Shown piece after piece: positions 8,970 to 21,000 of a stretch of 64,000 nt of DNA. Source of the stretch: a virus. A program made the translations under genes and the position numbers. Position 1 is the stretch's first letter. Each line of letters begins with the position of its first letter. Location: positions 1-64,000 of IMG/VR virus record IMGVR_UViG_3300031521_000043; one strand, 5' to 3'. The notes beneath the pieces were generated by a model. The model saw only the letters and a list, made by a program, of their open reading frames with translations, was not told the DNA's origin and searched no databases.

Positions 8970-9847
8970 TTTTTTATACTATTACGTATCTCTTTCAATA
9001 ATTCATAAGACAAAAGAACGACCATAACTTGATTATCTTTAACGACTTTTCCTGTTAATGGTTTTACTTTGTCCAATTGTCTAACTACTTCATTGATTTT
9101 GATTTTGATGACATCGTTATCGTTGATGCTTACGGATAGTTCATTTAATTGCTTTTTAACACCATCTACTTGACTTATCAAAAATGCTCCTAGTGAGTTT
9201 GTGTTTGAAATATTGTTAATGTATTCACGAAGAACATTTTTTTGATTTTCATCCAAATCTTTATATTTCTTGTTCATTCCTTCGACTAAAATTCGATATG
9301 ACAATAGACGAATATCTTCGTTTTGTTGTGCGTAGAAATTAAGAATGTCTTCTTCTTCGTTAATTTTCTTAGGTTTATCTACTATGTTTTCGATTATGCA
9401 TGTTTTAGCTTGATAAACTTCTTTTGCGTCGAATTTTAAATCTTTTGAAGATGCGTCCTCGAAGAGTTTGAATATAGAGGCCAAGCTTCGATAATTTTTA
9501 ATACTCGCTTTTAGAAAATCATCAATGGGATAAAGTTCTTTAATTTCTTTAATTAGTTCGTATTTTTCTTTAGAAAGTTTTAAGTTACTTAACTTTTTAC
9601 GTTGTTCGACAATAACAGATAAAAATCTGTCAGCATGTGATTCATCTTTTATCTTTTCAGACAAAAGAAAATTGTATAGTCTCCACTCTTTGCCTAATTC
9701 GGTATTTTCTTTGAAATACTTAAAGAGCAAATCTTTGGCTTCTGAATTTTCTTTTCCAGCGATGATGTCCGCCGTTATCTGTCTAGTTAACAGTTCAAAC
9801 AAAATCCCGGTGTTTTTAAACTTTGAATGGCGCAATTTTTTAAGCAT
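8966..9847 (-). CDS. Helical phage protein adjacent to the portal
   Basis: RHSKFKNTGILFELL N-terminus; position in the head module. Confidence 0.7.
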   Translation of the reverse strand: MLKKLRHSKFKNTGILFELLTRQITADIIAGKENSEAKDLLFKYFKENTELGKEWRLYNFLLSEKIKDESHADRFLSVIVEQRKKLSNLKLSKEKYELIKEIKELYPIDDFLKASIKNYRSLASIFKLFEDASSKDLKFDAKEVYQAKTCIIENIVDKPKKINEEEDILNFYAQQNEDIRLLSYRILVEGMNKKYKDLDENQKNVLREYINNISNTNSLGAFLISQVDGVKKQLNELSVSINDNDVIKIKINEVVRQLDKVKPLTGKVVKDNQVMVVLLSYELLKEIRNSIKK

Positions 9848-9910
9848 ATATTCAACTCTTCCCACTTAATTTATAAATATGTACACAATACGTGAAAATG
9901 TATTATTTCA

Positions 9911-11974
9911 CTATTCACTGATTATGTTTCCTTCGTCGAGAAGAGATGGTTTGCCACGTTCTTCCGATTCTTTAATTAATTCTTTTTTTTCTGATTTAGA
10001 TTTTAAATAGGAACCCAAACTCTGAAGTAAGGTTCCACGTTCCATTGTTTCCAGACTTAATGGCGAATTTTTTGCCCATTTTGGTGTTAAAGAATCGTGT
10101 CCTTTTCTAGGCGTTCTATTATTTTCTAAATTCCCCAATGGGTCTTCACCGAACGGATGTTGGCTGCGAGCATCATGTTCTCCTTTTTGAGATGGTCTTT
10201 CGTAATCATCAGCATATTCTCCTTGTTCTTCATCTATACTTCCACTATCTTGATTCTTAGTCATTTGATTCCACTTTATATGGTTTACACTGCCTTTTAT
10301 TTTAGCCTCTTGTAATGGAGGCAATCCGCCACCTCCACCTAAATCAGGTAATTCGCTTCCGCCCGCACCACCTAAATCAGGCAAACCACCACCTAAGTCT
10401 GACATTCCTCCGCCTTCGCCGGCTCCACCTTCTGCATTAGGGTTAATTTTCTGGAATGGCTTTGCTGGGTCGTTTCCCTCTTCTTCAATAGATTTAAATC
10501 TCCACATCTGTTTAGAATCTTCAACAATTTGGTCAAGCAATTCATCGGAATCGTCTTTTGAAAGATTAAACACGTTTTTATAAATCCAACTTTTAGAAAA
10601 TAACTTATTTTCCATCATGTTTTTTGCTAACTCGGTTTTATTACTCCACACTTCAATTTTTTCTTTTTCAAAAATAGTTGAAGGATTTGTCAATTCTAGT
10701 TTAAAATTTACCAAACTCTCATCACGATATCCTTGTGAATATAAATGAACTATTGCAATCTTTTCTAATTCGGAAATAATTACTTTCTGAATACGTTGAA
10801 TTGTTCGTGCAAATCTTACATCTTCTGATGCCAACGTAGCCTTGCCGGAAAGTTCTTCTTCATATCCCAAAAATGCTTTTGGAATTTTTAATGCTGCCAT
10901 TAATTTGTTACGAAGATATTGAATATCGTCAATGCCAGTAAACTCCATGCCTGATAGAGTTTCAATAGATGTTCCACTATCACTGCCACGAACAGGAAGA
11001 TAGAAGTCTTCTACCATGTTTTGAAGATTGAATCTAAGATTGTAATCGCCCGTTTGTGGGTCAATATATGGAACCTTTTTCATCTTAGAGATGGCTTTCT
11101 CCATAAAAGTATCAACATCTTGTGGAGGGATATTACCAACATCCAATTTAAATATACGTTTTTCAGGCGCACGCATGATACGATGAATTAACATAGCATC
11201 TTCCATCAATGACAATTGTTTCCACACACGACGTGCGCCTTCAATCATGGCTTTACCATATGGAAGAAAGTTAGAATCTGAAAGTAACCTAAAATGCGCA
11301 CATTCAAAGAATTCCAACGTTTCTACTTGAGATGTATCCGTAGGACGAATTTGAAACTTTACATAATTCTTGTTAAGTGGGTCTGTATTTTCAAGACGTT
11401 CGACATTATATGCTGAAATAGGTTCTATTTGATAAACTCCGTATTCAGGCGAGACATACAATCTCATAAAAAAATCGCCGTATTTACATAAATTTCTTGT
11501 CCACGACCACAAATTATGTTCTACGTTTAAGATGTCATAAAATAAATTAGTAAGAATTCCTTTGATGTTATCGTCCTCGGCATGAACAACTAACATCTTA
11601 CCCAACTCGTTTGTAGTTAACGATTCATCAGCATAGATGTCTAATGCTGAAGCAAGAATCGGGTCCATATCCATCGTATCGTAATCTCTAAATAAATCGA
11701 TACGAGCGGCTTGATAGGCTAGTGAAAAGTCCCTTGTGTAAGCATTATATGAAGTAGAACGAACTCTATTAAAACGGTCACGAAGACTGTTTCTATCCGT
11801 CGCATACATCAAATCACTAGTATCTTTAACTTTTAGTTTTTTACCACCAACGTTTCTAACTACAACACCCGCAGAAAACAACTTCTTTAAACGAGCGAAT
11901 AACGATTTTTGCTTTATATCAATCTCGTCATTATCTACGTTTACTTCTGGTCGTATTGGTGTGTTAGATGGCAT
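9911..11974 (-). CDS. Portal protein (T4 gp20-like)
   Basis: LMEDAMLIHRIMRAPEKRIF, EDFYLPVRG and LKIPKAFL motifs. Confidence 0.95.
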   Translation of the reverse strand: MPSNTPIRPEVNVDNDEIDIKQKSLFARLKKLFSAGVVVRNVGGKKLKVKDTSDLMYATDRNSLRDRFNRVRSTSYNAYTRDFSLAYQAARIDLFRDYDTMDMDPILASALDIYADESLTTNELGKMLVVHAEDDNIKGILTNLFYDILNVEHNLWSWTRNLCKYGDFFMRLYVSPEYGVYQIEPISAYNVERLENTDPLNKNYVKFQIRPTDTSQVETLEFFECAHFRLLSDSNFLPYGKAMIEGARRVWKQLSLMEDAMLIHRIMRAPEKRIFKLDVGNIPPQDVDTFMEKAISKMKKVPYIDPQTGDYNLRFNLQNMVEDFYLPVRGSDSGTSIETLSGMEFTGIDDIQYLRNKLMAALKIPKAFLGYEEELSGKATLASEDVRFARTIQRIQKVIISELEKIAIVHLYSQGYRDESLVNFKLELTNPSTIFEKEKIEVWSNKTELAKNMMENKLFSKSWIYKNVFNLSKDDSDELLDQIVEDSKQMWRFKSIEEEGNDPAKPFQKINPNAEGGAGEGGGMSDLGGGLPDLGGAGGSELPDLGGGGGLPPLQEAKIKGSVNHIKWNQMTKNQDSGSIDEEQGEYADDYERPSQKGEHDARSQHPFGEDPLGNLENNRTPRKGHDSLTPKWAKNSPLSLETMERGTLLQSLGSYLKSKSEKKELIKESEERGKPSLLDEGNIISE

Positions 11975-12028
11975 ATATTGTCCTTTTTACGCTGTGTGTA
12001 TATTTAATCAAGTATAAATATATGTAAA

Positions 12029-13639
12029 TTATCGTAACAACCATGTTAGTGAAGTTACATCACCAGGTTTTCCGCCTGTTTTCATTTGCCATGAATCTTT
12101 ACCACTAGAAACCATACCGGCTCTATAAATTGGAGTTTTATCATTGTTTTGATTTACGTGAATTTTATCTAACATAGCTTTTGACAAAAGAATACCATCC
12201 GACCTCAATCTTAATGCTGTATCTCTGACCCACAATCCGATAGCCAAAGACATCACTAAATCGTCGTTATAATTTTCTGCGGCTTGCGCTTTTCCATTTT
12301 CCCAAATAAATGTTTTTAGTTCGTTTATCAATCTTACTGAATGGATTGTGACGGATTTTTCTCTAAAATATGCTTCCATCTTTGAAATGATTACTGGTCT
12401 TGTACTTATTGTTGTAGTAAATCCTGGTTTTAGTTTCTTTTCTTCGGAATTATATCTGTTGCTAAGTTGTCTATGAACTTCGATTACTTTCAAATCCAAA
12501 CTACTATAAAATGTATTTTTATATTCGCGGTCTATTATTTGTTGTAACACTGCCGGCCCAAGACCGTTATATTCAACAATCAATAATGCGTCATTATATT
12601 TTGTTGACATAAAAACAAGTTCGTTACCAAAATCTTTCATAGACAACTGTCCGTGATATTCTGCCACTTGTTCCAAAGTATCTACGTCAATAATATGTGC
12701 GGCGGAATAGTCTAATCCATCACCACGAGCAGGGTCTGCGGAAGTAATATAACTATGACCTTCTTCAGGTTGTTTAAAAATCCACCATTCTTCACCTCGA
12801 TATTGTTCTATTCTATCAAAAATCATCTTTTGGTCGTCTTCATATTCTTTTAGAATCATTAAATCGACAACGTTAGTTCCTGATGATAGGAAGTCACAAT
12901 CACACTCCTGATTTGCTCCTTTTATTCCTAGTTGTTTTGTTTGTTCATCTCTCCAGTTTTGGTCACGTTCTGGATGTAATTGCCATGGCAGTTTAAGAGT
13001 TTTAAAATCATTCTTTTTCTTATCTGCATTTACCCACATCTTATGGAACCAATTACCTACACCATTAGGAGTAGAAAGAACAATAGCTCTACCACCGGTT
13101 GACAATGTGTTGTAGCAAGATGTCCAAATATCTTCCGCTTCGTCGATGAATGCGGCTTCGTCGATAATCAACAAACTCAATGCTTTTGAACGTCCGGCAT
13201 CTCTTGATGATGACGTAGCAGCAACTTGCGAACCATTTTCAAATCGAAGTGACATGTGGTTATTTGTCGTTTCTTTAACTTTTAACCATGATGGTAAATG
13301 TTCATTTGCAAAACGAACCTTTGTAACAATTTCCTTTGATACTTCTTGTTTAATTGAAATAATCAAAATACTTTTATCACTGTTAAAAATTGATAACCAA
13401 AGAGAATACGCAGCTACCAATGTAGTAATACCTAACTGACGTGACTTAAGAATCAAAAGAAATCGGTCATCATGAAAATGTTGTAAAGCATCTTCCTGAA
13501 AAGGAAACAAGTTAAATGGGATTGTTCCCTTATTTGGATGTTGAATTTTTACATATTTACGCATGAAATAAATCGGGTCTTCCATGCATTTTCGTGTTTC
13601 TTCACGAATGACGTCTCTTAAGTTTGGTACTGCTGCCAT
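12029..13639 (-). CDS. Terminase large subunit (T4 gp17-like)
   Basis: KSRQLGITT (Walker A), LLIIDEAAF, STPNG, and nuclease motifs DPARGDGLDYS and NDDLVMS. Confidence 0.95.
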   Translation of the reverse strand: MAAVPNLRDVIREETRKCMEDPIYFMRKYVKIQHPNKGTIPFNLFPFQEDALQHFHDDRFLLILKSRQLGITTLVAAYSLWLSIFNSDKSILIISIKQEVSKEIVTKVRFANEHLPSWLKVKETTNNHMSLRFENGSQVAATSSSRDAGRSKALSLLIIDEAAFIDEAEDIWTSCYNTLSTGGRAIVLSTPNGVGNWFHKMWVNADKKKNDFKTLKLPWQLHPERDQNWRDEQTKQLGIKGANQECDCDFLSSGTNVVDLMILKEYEDDQKMIFDRIEQYRGEEWWIFKQPEEGHSYITSADPARGDGLDYSAAHIIDVDTLEQVAEYHGQLSMKDFGNELVFMSTKYNDALLIVEYNGLGPAVLQQIIDREYKNTFYSSLDLKVIEVHRQLSNRYNSEEKKLKPGFTTTISTRPVIISKMEAYFREKSVTIHSVRLINELKTFIWENGKAQAAENYNDDLVMSLAIGLWVRDTALRLRSDGILLSKAMLDKIHVNQNNDKTPIYRAGMVSSGKDSWQMKTGGKPGDVTSLTWLLR

Positions 13640-13640
13640 A

Positions 13641-14255
13641 TTATTTTACTATTGTTGATTCGATACCTTCTATCTCTTTATTAATTCTGTCTAATTCTGT
13701 ATTAACTTTTTCCAAGTCAAGTTTAGCATCGATTAACCATTTTGGATTTGATGTACCAGAGAAGGTTAATTCTTGACCGTCCGGCATAGTTTCTTTTATT
13801 TTACCTGTCTCTTTACTTAAAAATTCAATCGATTCTAAAACCTTATCTTTAAAATCTTTCAATGCTCCACGGTGATTTTTTAAGATTTTCATTTGTTGAT
13901 ATTCTTCCCATTTACCAGTTACTCTATAAATCATCTCTTCAGCTTCTAGGCATTCGTAACACATCTGCGTTTTTGGAAAAATCTTTTTGTCCAATCTATC
14001 TCCATAAAGTCTTACATTCATTCCACATTTAGAACATTTAGAAACAGAATTGATGGCATCAAGAACCGGAGTATCTGATGAATTTAATGACACATTTCTT
14101 CCGTCTTTTCTTTGCCATTTCTTTCCTTTAGAGTCTTCCCACGTTTCTCCGTCTTTTCTAGTAGAAGATGCAGGCGTATATCCAATCTGTATAAACGGAT
14201 TTTCTCCGTCTAACACTTGTTCAATTATTTTTAAATTCCATTTTCGTCTAGCCAT
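13641..14255 (-). CDS. Hypothetical protein with Zn-finger (CxxC...CxxC)
   Basis: CSKC and CYEC motifs. Confidence 0.7.
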   Translation of the reverse strand: MARRKWNLKIIEQVLDGENPFIQIGYTPASSTRKDGETWEDSKGKKWQRKDGRNVSLNSSDTPVLDAINSVSKCSKCGMNVRLYGDRLDKKIFPKTQMCYECLEAEEMIYRVTGKWEEYQQMKILKNHRGALKDFKDKVLESIEFLSKETGKIKETMPDGQELTFSGTSNPKWLIDAKLDLEKVNTELDRINKEIEGIESTIVK

Positions 14256-14320
14256 AGATTAATCCTTTGTATTATATAGGTCACAGAAAATTGTCATTAT
14301 ATTTATAAACAACATGATTA

Positions 14321-16567
14321 TCAACTTGTTTCTATAACTTTAGACCCTGTAACCCAGTATATTTTTCTTCCGGCCAAAACTCCATATTCAGATGAAAGTG
14401 ATTTTTTTGTAGTAATTGTAGTATCTAATCGATTACTTGCATTTCCAAGTGATAGATACAAATATTCATTATCTCCATTAATATCAACAATTGGGTCAAA
14501 TACTAATGCTCCGTCAGCTCTAACAGATACTACTCTACTTTGACTTATTGCTGGCTGCCCAGGCCTAGCTACAATGTTTGGTATATAAATGTCTCCCGTT
14601 TGAACAATTATACTTTGTGATACATATAAACTTCCTGATATGTATAAGTCGTTATAACTGCTACCACTACCAGGAATATATGGAATTAACGTACTTCCAG
14701 ATGGGTCAAAGTTTTGAAAGGCATTTAAGCCAGAATATATAAGATTGTTATTAATATCAAATAATTCAGCCTTTATTTGAAATGTTTCATTTGCTACACT
14801 TATAGGCCAAGGAATTTTTGTGGCATAAATGTCAGGAGAAAATCCATCATCTCCATATACACTTATTGAAATATCTTTTATATAAGCAGTACATAAAGTA
14901 GGAACTATTACCAACGTTCCAAACAAATCATTCTGAGGTGTGTAGAAGGTGTATGAATCAGTAAAATCCGAAATTGACCCACTGTTATTTGCTTTAAGTT
15001 CTGCAATCTTTACACCAAATTTGTTGTTATAATTAGATTCCTTTTGTGCGTTAGGATATGAACTTGTAATGTAAAAAGTTAACTTAGCTCCTGTTTCGGA
15101 TTGATTTTTTAACAATACCGCCGAAATATCAAGTGTATATTGAACATTTTTATAAAATGCCATGAAATTGGAATCATATGCCGAACCAGATTCCGATAAA
15201 TTTTCATCTGAGTTAAATGGAACGTATGTAGCGTTTCTATTAATTGGAGATGAATCATTTTTTACAATAAAATAATCCGCGTCTGAGGTGGGAGTGACAG
15301 ATGAAACATACATACTGTCTATAGCATAACTCGGAGTATGAGTTAATAAAATATTGTTTGAACTTGTAAACCAATATCGGTTTATATGTTCTTGATTATA
15401 AAACTTACCAAGTAAATCATAATATTTATTCTGTGTTAAACTATCAATCAATACTTGATTTGAGTGAATTGGTTCATCAGCAATAACTGAAAAATCAGCA
15501 TTAGATAATAAACTTTTTCTATAGATTTTGTGTCTTGCCACATATCCAGAAAATGTTCTGATATTTTTATAAACTATATCTGCATATGATTCTTTTACAA
15601 TATATGATACACCGCCGATGTTAGTAGTCTGATAACTGGCCGATGTATCATTGTAGTTTATAAACGAATATGGTATTGAAAAGTCCGCATCTAAAATGTT
15701 TGTTATAGATGTATTTCCCAATCCATCCAAATAATAGTAAGGTTGGTCTATTTGAATGGTATTATTATTTAAAACGTTCTTTATGGTATATGAAGCTGTT
15801 TGTGATACGGAAATCTCATCAGCCGATATTGGAGATTGAATCTTGTTTATATTAAGAAATATGGTAGCTCCGACCATTTGAGAATTGAAAGCATTGACTT
15901 CAGGAGTCGAATTTACAACTAAAGGAGTGTTTAAAGTTAATCTATAATCTATATCGATGTTTGATTTGTTAATAGTAGCTTGATTTACACTTTTTTTAGG
16001 ACTTACTGCCAAACCATTTATTTTCCCTGTAAAATCTTGGTTGCTGACCAAATTCATAGAAATGTTAGAACTAAGAACAGGCAGTTCTGCGGAAGTAATT
16101 TCTAAAGCCGGAGTCTGATAAAATCTTACTCTCGAATGATTTGTTAAAGTTTTGTTGATAACTACATTTTGCATCCATTTTACAGAACGACCATCAATTA
16201 AAGTTCCATAAAGTATCAACTTACCCACTCCATCGGCGGTATCATCATAAACATGAATTGAAACTATAGTGGCAACGCCTTCTTTATATGTGTTGTTTAT
16301 AGTTCCGTCGTCCGAATACTTAGCCATCTCTATGAAGAGATAATTTCCTTGAGCATCCAAGCATTCAATATAAATTTCACCATCTGTAGTTAAAAACGGA
16401 GAACCATTAATAGCAATAGGATTTTTACCCGCAGTGAACGTGGAGTCAAATTCCGACACTACAAAGTATCGTGAAAGATACTCAGTATCAGTTACATCTG
16501 CTTGTTTTTTGTAAAGCCCGTAATTAACGCCGGATGCGCCAAAACTGTCAATTAAATTCAATACCAT
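14321..16567 (-). CDS. Putative virion structural protein
   Basis: 748 aa, S/T/N-rich beta-type composition; TATTTATA 3 nt before the ATG. Confidence 0.6.
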   Translation of the reverse strand: MVLNLIDSFGASGVNYGLYKKQADVTDTEYLSRYFVVSEFDSTFTAGKNPIAINGSPFLTTDGEIYIECLDAQGNYLFIEMAKYSDDGTINNTYKEGVATIVSIHVYDDTADGVGKLILYGTLIDGRSVKWMQNVVINKTLTNHSRVRFYQTPALEITSAELPVLSSNISMNLVSNQDFTGKINGLAVSPKKSVNQATINKSNIDIDYRLTLNTPLVVNSTPEVNAFNSQMVGATIFLNINKIQSPISADEISVSQTASYTIKNVLNNNTIQIDQPYYYLDGLGNTSITNILDADFSIPYSFINYNDTSASYQTTNIGGVSYIVKESYADIVYKNIRTFSGYVARHKIYRKSLLSNADFSVIADEPIHSNQVLIDSLTQNKYYDLLGKFYNQEHINRYWFTSSNNILLTHTPSYAIDSMYVSSVTPTSDADYFIVKNDSSPINRNATYVPFNSDENLSESGSAYDSNFMAFYKNVQYTLDISAVLLKNQSETGAKLTFYITSSYPNAQKESNYNNKFGVKIAELKANNSGSISDFTDSYTFYTPQNDLFGTLVIVPTLCTAYIKDISISVYGDDGFSPDIYATKIPWPISVANETFQIKAELFDINNNLIYSGLNAFQNFDPSGSTLIPYIPGSGSSYNDLYISGSLYVSQSIIVQTGDIYIPNIVARPGQPAISQSRVVSVRADGALVFDPIVDINGDNEYLYLSLGNASNRLDTTITTKKSLSSEYGVLAGRKIYWVTGSKVIETS

Positions 16568-16597
16568 GCCTATAAATAGGCAATAATATCATATTTA

Positions 16598-17245
16598 TTA
16601 AGTTAATCCGTTGATATAATTCTTATGAATCCAAAAAGATTCTATTTGAATATCTCCCAATCTACAAAATAATACTTCTATAAAATTGTTATTTTGTAAA
16701 AATAATTTTACATCCGAATATAGAGATTGACCTTCCCACACAGTTTTTATTTCAGATTCTAATTGAATAGATTTAACAATATCAATTTTTTCTCCAAATG
16801 ATTTAAGAACATCTAAGGTTGTTCCTTCTGTATCTATTTTACAAATATCAATGTGAGTTAAATTCAAATTCGATATTACAGATTTCATATCAATACAATC
16901 AACTTTTATTGAATTTTGTGTAGAATCCGTCTTTTTAAGTAAACTGCAGTTACCTATATTATTTTCGTTAATATATAACTCTTTTGTCAATACAGTCGAT
17001 GATATAGCATTGTTAAATGTTTGAAATTGTGGATAATTTTGTATAATTTCTTGACAAGAGTTCGGATTTGGTTCAAAAATTATACAATTTTTAGATGGTA
17101 TATGAAAATGATTAGATATAAAGTTTGTATCATATCCATCTCTTGACCCTATTTCAACACAATTTATAGGTTTTATCGACGATAAATTTTGAATGCCCAA
17201 AATTATAAAAGTTAAATCAAATCGACACGGTGGAGTATTATTCAT
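16598..17245 (-). CDS. FkbM-family SAM-dependent methyltransferase
   Basis: VEIGSRDG, FEPNP and IDICKIDTEG motifs. Confidence 0.85.
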   Translation of the reverse strand: MNNTPPCRFDLTFIILGIQNLSSIKPINCVEIGSRDGYDTNFISNHFHIPSKNCIIFEPNPNSCQEIIQNYPQFQTFNNAISSTVLTKELYINENNIGNCSLLKKTDSTQNSIKVDCIDMKSVISNLNLTHIDICKIDTEGTTLDVLKSFGEKIDIVKSIQLESEIKTVWEGQSLYSDVKLFLQNNNFIEVLFCRLGDIQIESFWIHKNYINGLT

Positions 17246-17999
17246 ATTTCTTTAATTCTTTTGTGTATTCATTGTATCTTAAAAATTTACAATTTAAGAT
17301 TAATTTTATTTCATTCATTCTTTTAATATCTTTTTCTTTTAAATTTCCATATACATAATGTCTTGGTTCGTCATATTCAATTACAATGTTTAAACTGGGT
17401 TCGTAATAATCTACAAAATAACCGAGATTTTCTATCAAAAATTGTTGATTTGATTTTTTGTAATAGATACCATTCCATATATTTTCTTTTTCAATTGTAT
17501 CAAAATAATTACCTTCTTTCATTCCAACATTATTTATTCGACCATCTTTACTATTTCTTTGCAATTTTAAAATTCGTTTACATGCGGCAATTCTCATTTT
17601 TCTTCTGGATTCTTCTGTATGATGTTTTCCGTGGAATGGATTCAGGTTATCATATCTATGAGTTCCATACATACCATTATTTTTTCCTGACATCTTTTCT
17701 TTAGTTTTATTTGTGTGCGTTCTACACCGTTTGCATATAGAATTACTATCAATACCATATTGTAATGTATACTTTGTTGAATAATAGATTTCTCTATTAC
17801 ATTTAGGACAATGTTTCGTCCATTTCTTTTCTTTTGTAATACTTTTGCATACGTTCTTTGTTGATTTGTCTTTTGTTTCGTTGATAATATTCTCGTCTCC
17901 AACGTCGTTTTGCCTCAAGTTGTTCATCATATGTTCTATATTTAGATTTTCGTCCCATATGAATATAAGTATATTACTCCAATCAAAAAACTCCAACAA
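17238..17999 (-). CDS. Putative homing endonuclease (Zn-ribbon, NUMOD3, Vsr/DUF559-like); start uncertain
   Basis: CPKC..CKRC, GKHHTEESRRKM and YFVDYYE..IEYDEPRH; paralog of 7681-8385. Confidence 0.8.
   Translation of the reverse strand: MLEFFDWSNILIFIWDENLNIEHMMNNLRQNDVGDENIINETKDKSTKNVCKSITKEKKWTKHCPKCNREIYYSTKYTLQYGIDSNSICKRCRTHTNKTKEKMSGKNNGMYGTHRYDNLNPFHGKHHTEESRRKMRIAACKRILKLQRNSKDGRINNVGMKEGNYFDTIEKENIWNGIYYKKSNQQFLIENLGYFVDYYEPSLNIVIEYDEPRHYVYGNLKEKDIKRMNEIKLILNCKFLRYNEYTKELKKYE
17803..17958 (-). CDS. Small basic MGRK protein overlapping the endonuclease out of frame
   Basis: MGRKSKYRTYDEQLEAKRRWRREYYQRNKR... (51 aa); TACTTATA 5 nt upstream. Confidence 0.65.
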   Translation of the reverse strand: MGRKSKYRTYDEQLEAKRRWRREYYQRNKRQINKERMQKYYKRKEMDETLS

Positions 18000-18000
18000 A

Positions 18001-21000
18001 TTAAATATAATTTACATAAGAAAATCCGTCTTTTTTGGAGATTTCAAGATGACTATCTACCATATCACGTAATGCTTCCAGGTGTGACACAACCAATAAA
18101 AAATCAAAATTTGATTTTAAATATTCAAATAATATTGGTAATTTAGATAAATTTTCGGCATCCATTACGCCCATGCCTTCATCAATAATGAGAAAATTTG
18201 GCTTTGGTAAATTGGATATGTTAATCAATGCCACACGTATTGCCAGAGACAAGGCAAACTTCTCAAATCCACTTGTGAGGCTCATTAACCACTGTCTTCC
18301 ATTATAAACGATATATGGAACAATGTTATTACCGTCAGTTTCAAATAACGCGGTAAATTCACATATTTGACTCAAAATACTATTTACTTCATTTTGAACT
18401 TCAGGAACCGTTGCAGTGATAACATCAAATGGAATTCCGTCTCGACTCACGGACTGGCAGTAAAGTTCGTATAGTTTGTATTCCTTTTCAACAATTTGAA
18501 TTTTAGCAATTTTATTGTTAATTTCAGAAATCTGATTTTTACACACTGATATTTTACTGTTAATATCCATTACTGTTTTAGTTTTTGTCTTGTATGAATA
18601 TTCTACATTTTCTAGTTCTTGTTTAAATTCATTAATTTGACTTGTGATATTATCATTAAACGTCATCGATTCTATGTTTTTATTATAGAGTTCAACATTC
18701 TTTTCATGTGTTTTGATGTCGTCTTCAAACTTAGACAGGTCTTTTCTTAATGAGTTAATATCATCAGTTAATTTGATTCTATCGTCCTTTAAAGTATTAC
18801 GTTTTGATAGGAGTCCTGTCAATCTTATATTAGATTCATGTGACCATTGTATCTCTACAATCTTAGCTTCAACGATATCAAGTTTAGCCTTGATTTCAGA
18901 TGCTTCAGATTGAATTTTTTCCATCCGTTCTTTGGCTTCTTTGGCATCTTGAGCTATTGAACCAACATGTTTTACGCAAAATTCACAATCAGGGTCATAA
19001 TCAATATCTTTCGCTCTATCAAAAACCTTCATATCTCTAAGATAACTTAACTTCAACTGTTCTCGTTTATTTTCAATACTTCTTTTAGTTTCTTGAAACG
19101 TTCTTAATTGAGAAGCTAAATCAGAAACGTTTTTAGATTCAAGATTAGTTATTTCAAGTTCAACTTGTGTAAGTTGCCCCGCTACCGTCTCTATTTCCTT
19201 CTCTTTGTTTATTATGTTATCTTTTGATGTAATAGCCGACTTTTTAACTTTGTCTAACATCGATAAACTACGTTCTATTGATGGTATGTTGCCATCAATT
19301 TTAATTAGTTTTTTGGTTGTTTCAAGTATGGAGGACTGAAGTAATTCACGATGCTTACCAATACCAACCAATGTAGATTGTTCAGACTCATATAACAATT
19401 CGGCTTGTTCCAAGAAATTCTGATATTCAAGTAGTTTAGTCGTATAATCATCATTACGATACGTCTTAATCAACACAAACAACTCTTTTAACCGTTCATT
19501 TCCTTCTGTATAAAGTCTATCAAATACTGTAAGACCCATGAATTGAGCAAACAAATCCTTTCTATCTGCGTCTCCCATATCAATGACCGACGCATTATTT
19601 TTACCGTTTTGAACGCTTAAGGATGTTAAAGCGAAGTCGTCATATGACCCCAAGTATTCTCTAATAACCTCATTAGTATTACGTCTCTGTTCTCCGTTTA
19701 AGTCTACTTTTTCACCGTTTTCCAATTTCCAAAACTTGACGTCTACCTTGACTTTTCCCTTTTTGTCAGTCGTAGCATTACGAGAGATAAAGTATCTTTT
19801 TCCATCCAACTCGAACTCAAATTTACAACTAAAAGTTGTTTTTTTATCATTCATTATGTTTTTAGCCGTGGATGTACGTTCACATTTATCAAACAAACAG
19901 AACGTTAAAGCAGAAAAAATACTTGATTTTCCAGAAGCATTAGCGGCAAACAAACCAACCAAATCTTTGGTTTTAGTAAAGTCGATTACATTACCTTCAC
20001 CATATGAAAACATGTTTTCCCACTCAAATTTGATAGGCATCCAACGAATATTCCTTGCAAAATCATCTTTTTTAACTAGGTCATTAACCTCGTTATTTAT
20101 TTTGATTATACCATCTATCAAGGATTGGTCGGTGATTTTTAACTTAGTTTTTAAGTAATCAGTAATAAGTGTGACTTGATAGTTTTTATCATCAATGTTA
20201 CCCAAAACTACATTTCCACTGGATGACGGAATTCTAATTAACGACGTTCCGGTGTCTAATTTATCATAAGATATATCGACGACTTCGGTTGCCTGTTTCG
20301 CCAATGATATGGCGGCTTTAATTTCAGATGGAGTTGAATTTTTATGTTGAATACGAATTCTGGCTTTTTTTGGTATATTAGTAAAATCCGTCGTTACTGT
20401 ACCATTATCAACTACCACACTAAAAAATCCATATTCGTTCGGGACTTCGATGTGTGAATAATCTCTACGTTGTAGATTCCAAAATGAATAACCATGACCT
20501 GTTAATGGTTCATCGTGTTTTTGTTGAATAAGAGAACCGCAATAATGAATTATTGGTTTGAATGCGTCGTAATCGTATTCTTGAAGGTCTTGAATTTTAT
20601 GAATATCGCCCATTAATACGATATCGTGGTTATCAAATAAATCAACAGAAACTTGTGGAAACACAAACTTGAACCCCAAATCACTAACCGCACCATCCAT
20701 CTGTCCATGATATGTGGCAATAAAGTATTCAAATTGATTTTTGTAAATCGATGGAATGTCGGCCCCTTTTAAATATTTGTCAGGTGTATCAAACACACTA
20801 TAATTGTTTATACAAATGTTGCCAAGACCATACAATCCAGATTCTTTTAAATAAAACAGATTGGGATGATTTAATGCATCAACTATCGGACTCAAACTAT
20901 CCATTCGATTTCGATTGGTCAAGTTAGTATCATGATTTCCGGTAATAAGGACGGTTGGCCGTAGATTTGCCGCCTCACGTAAAAATTCCGCTGCAACATC

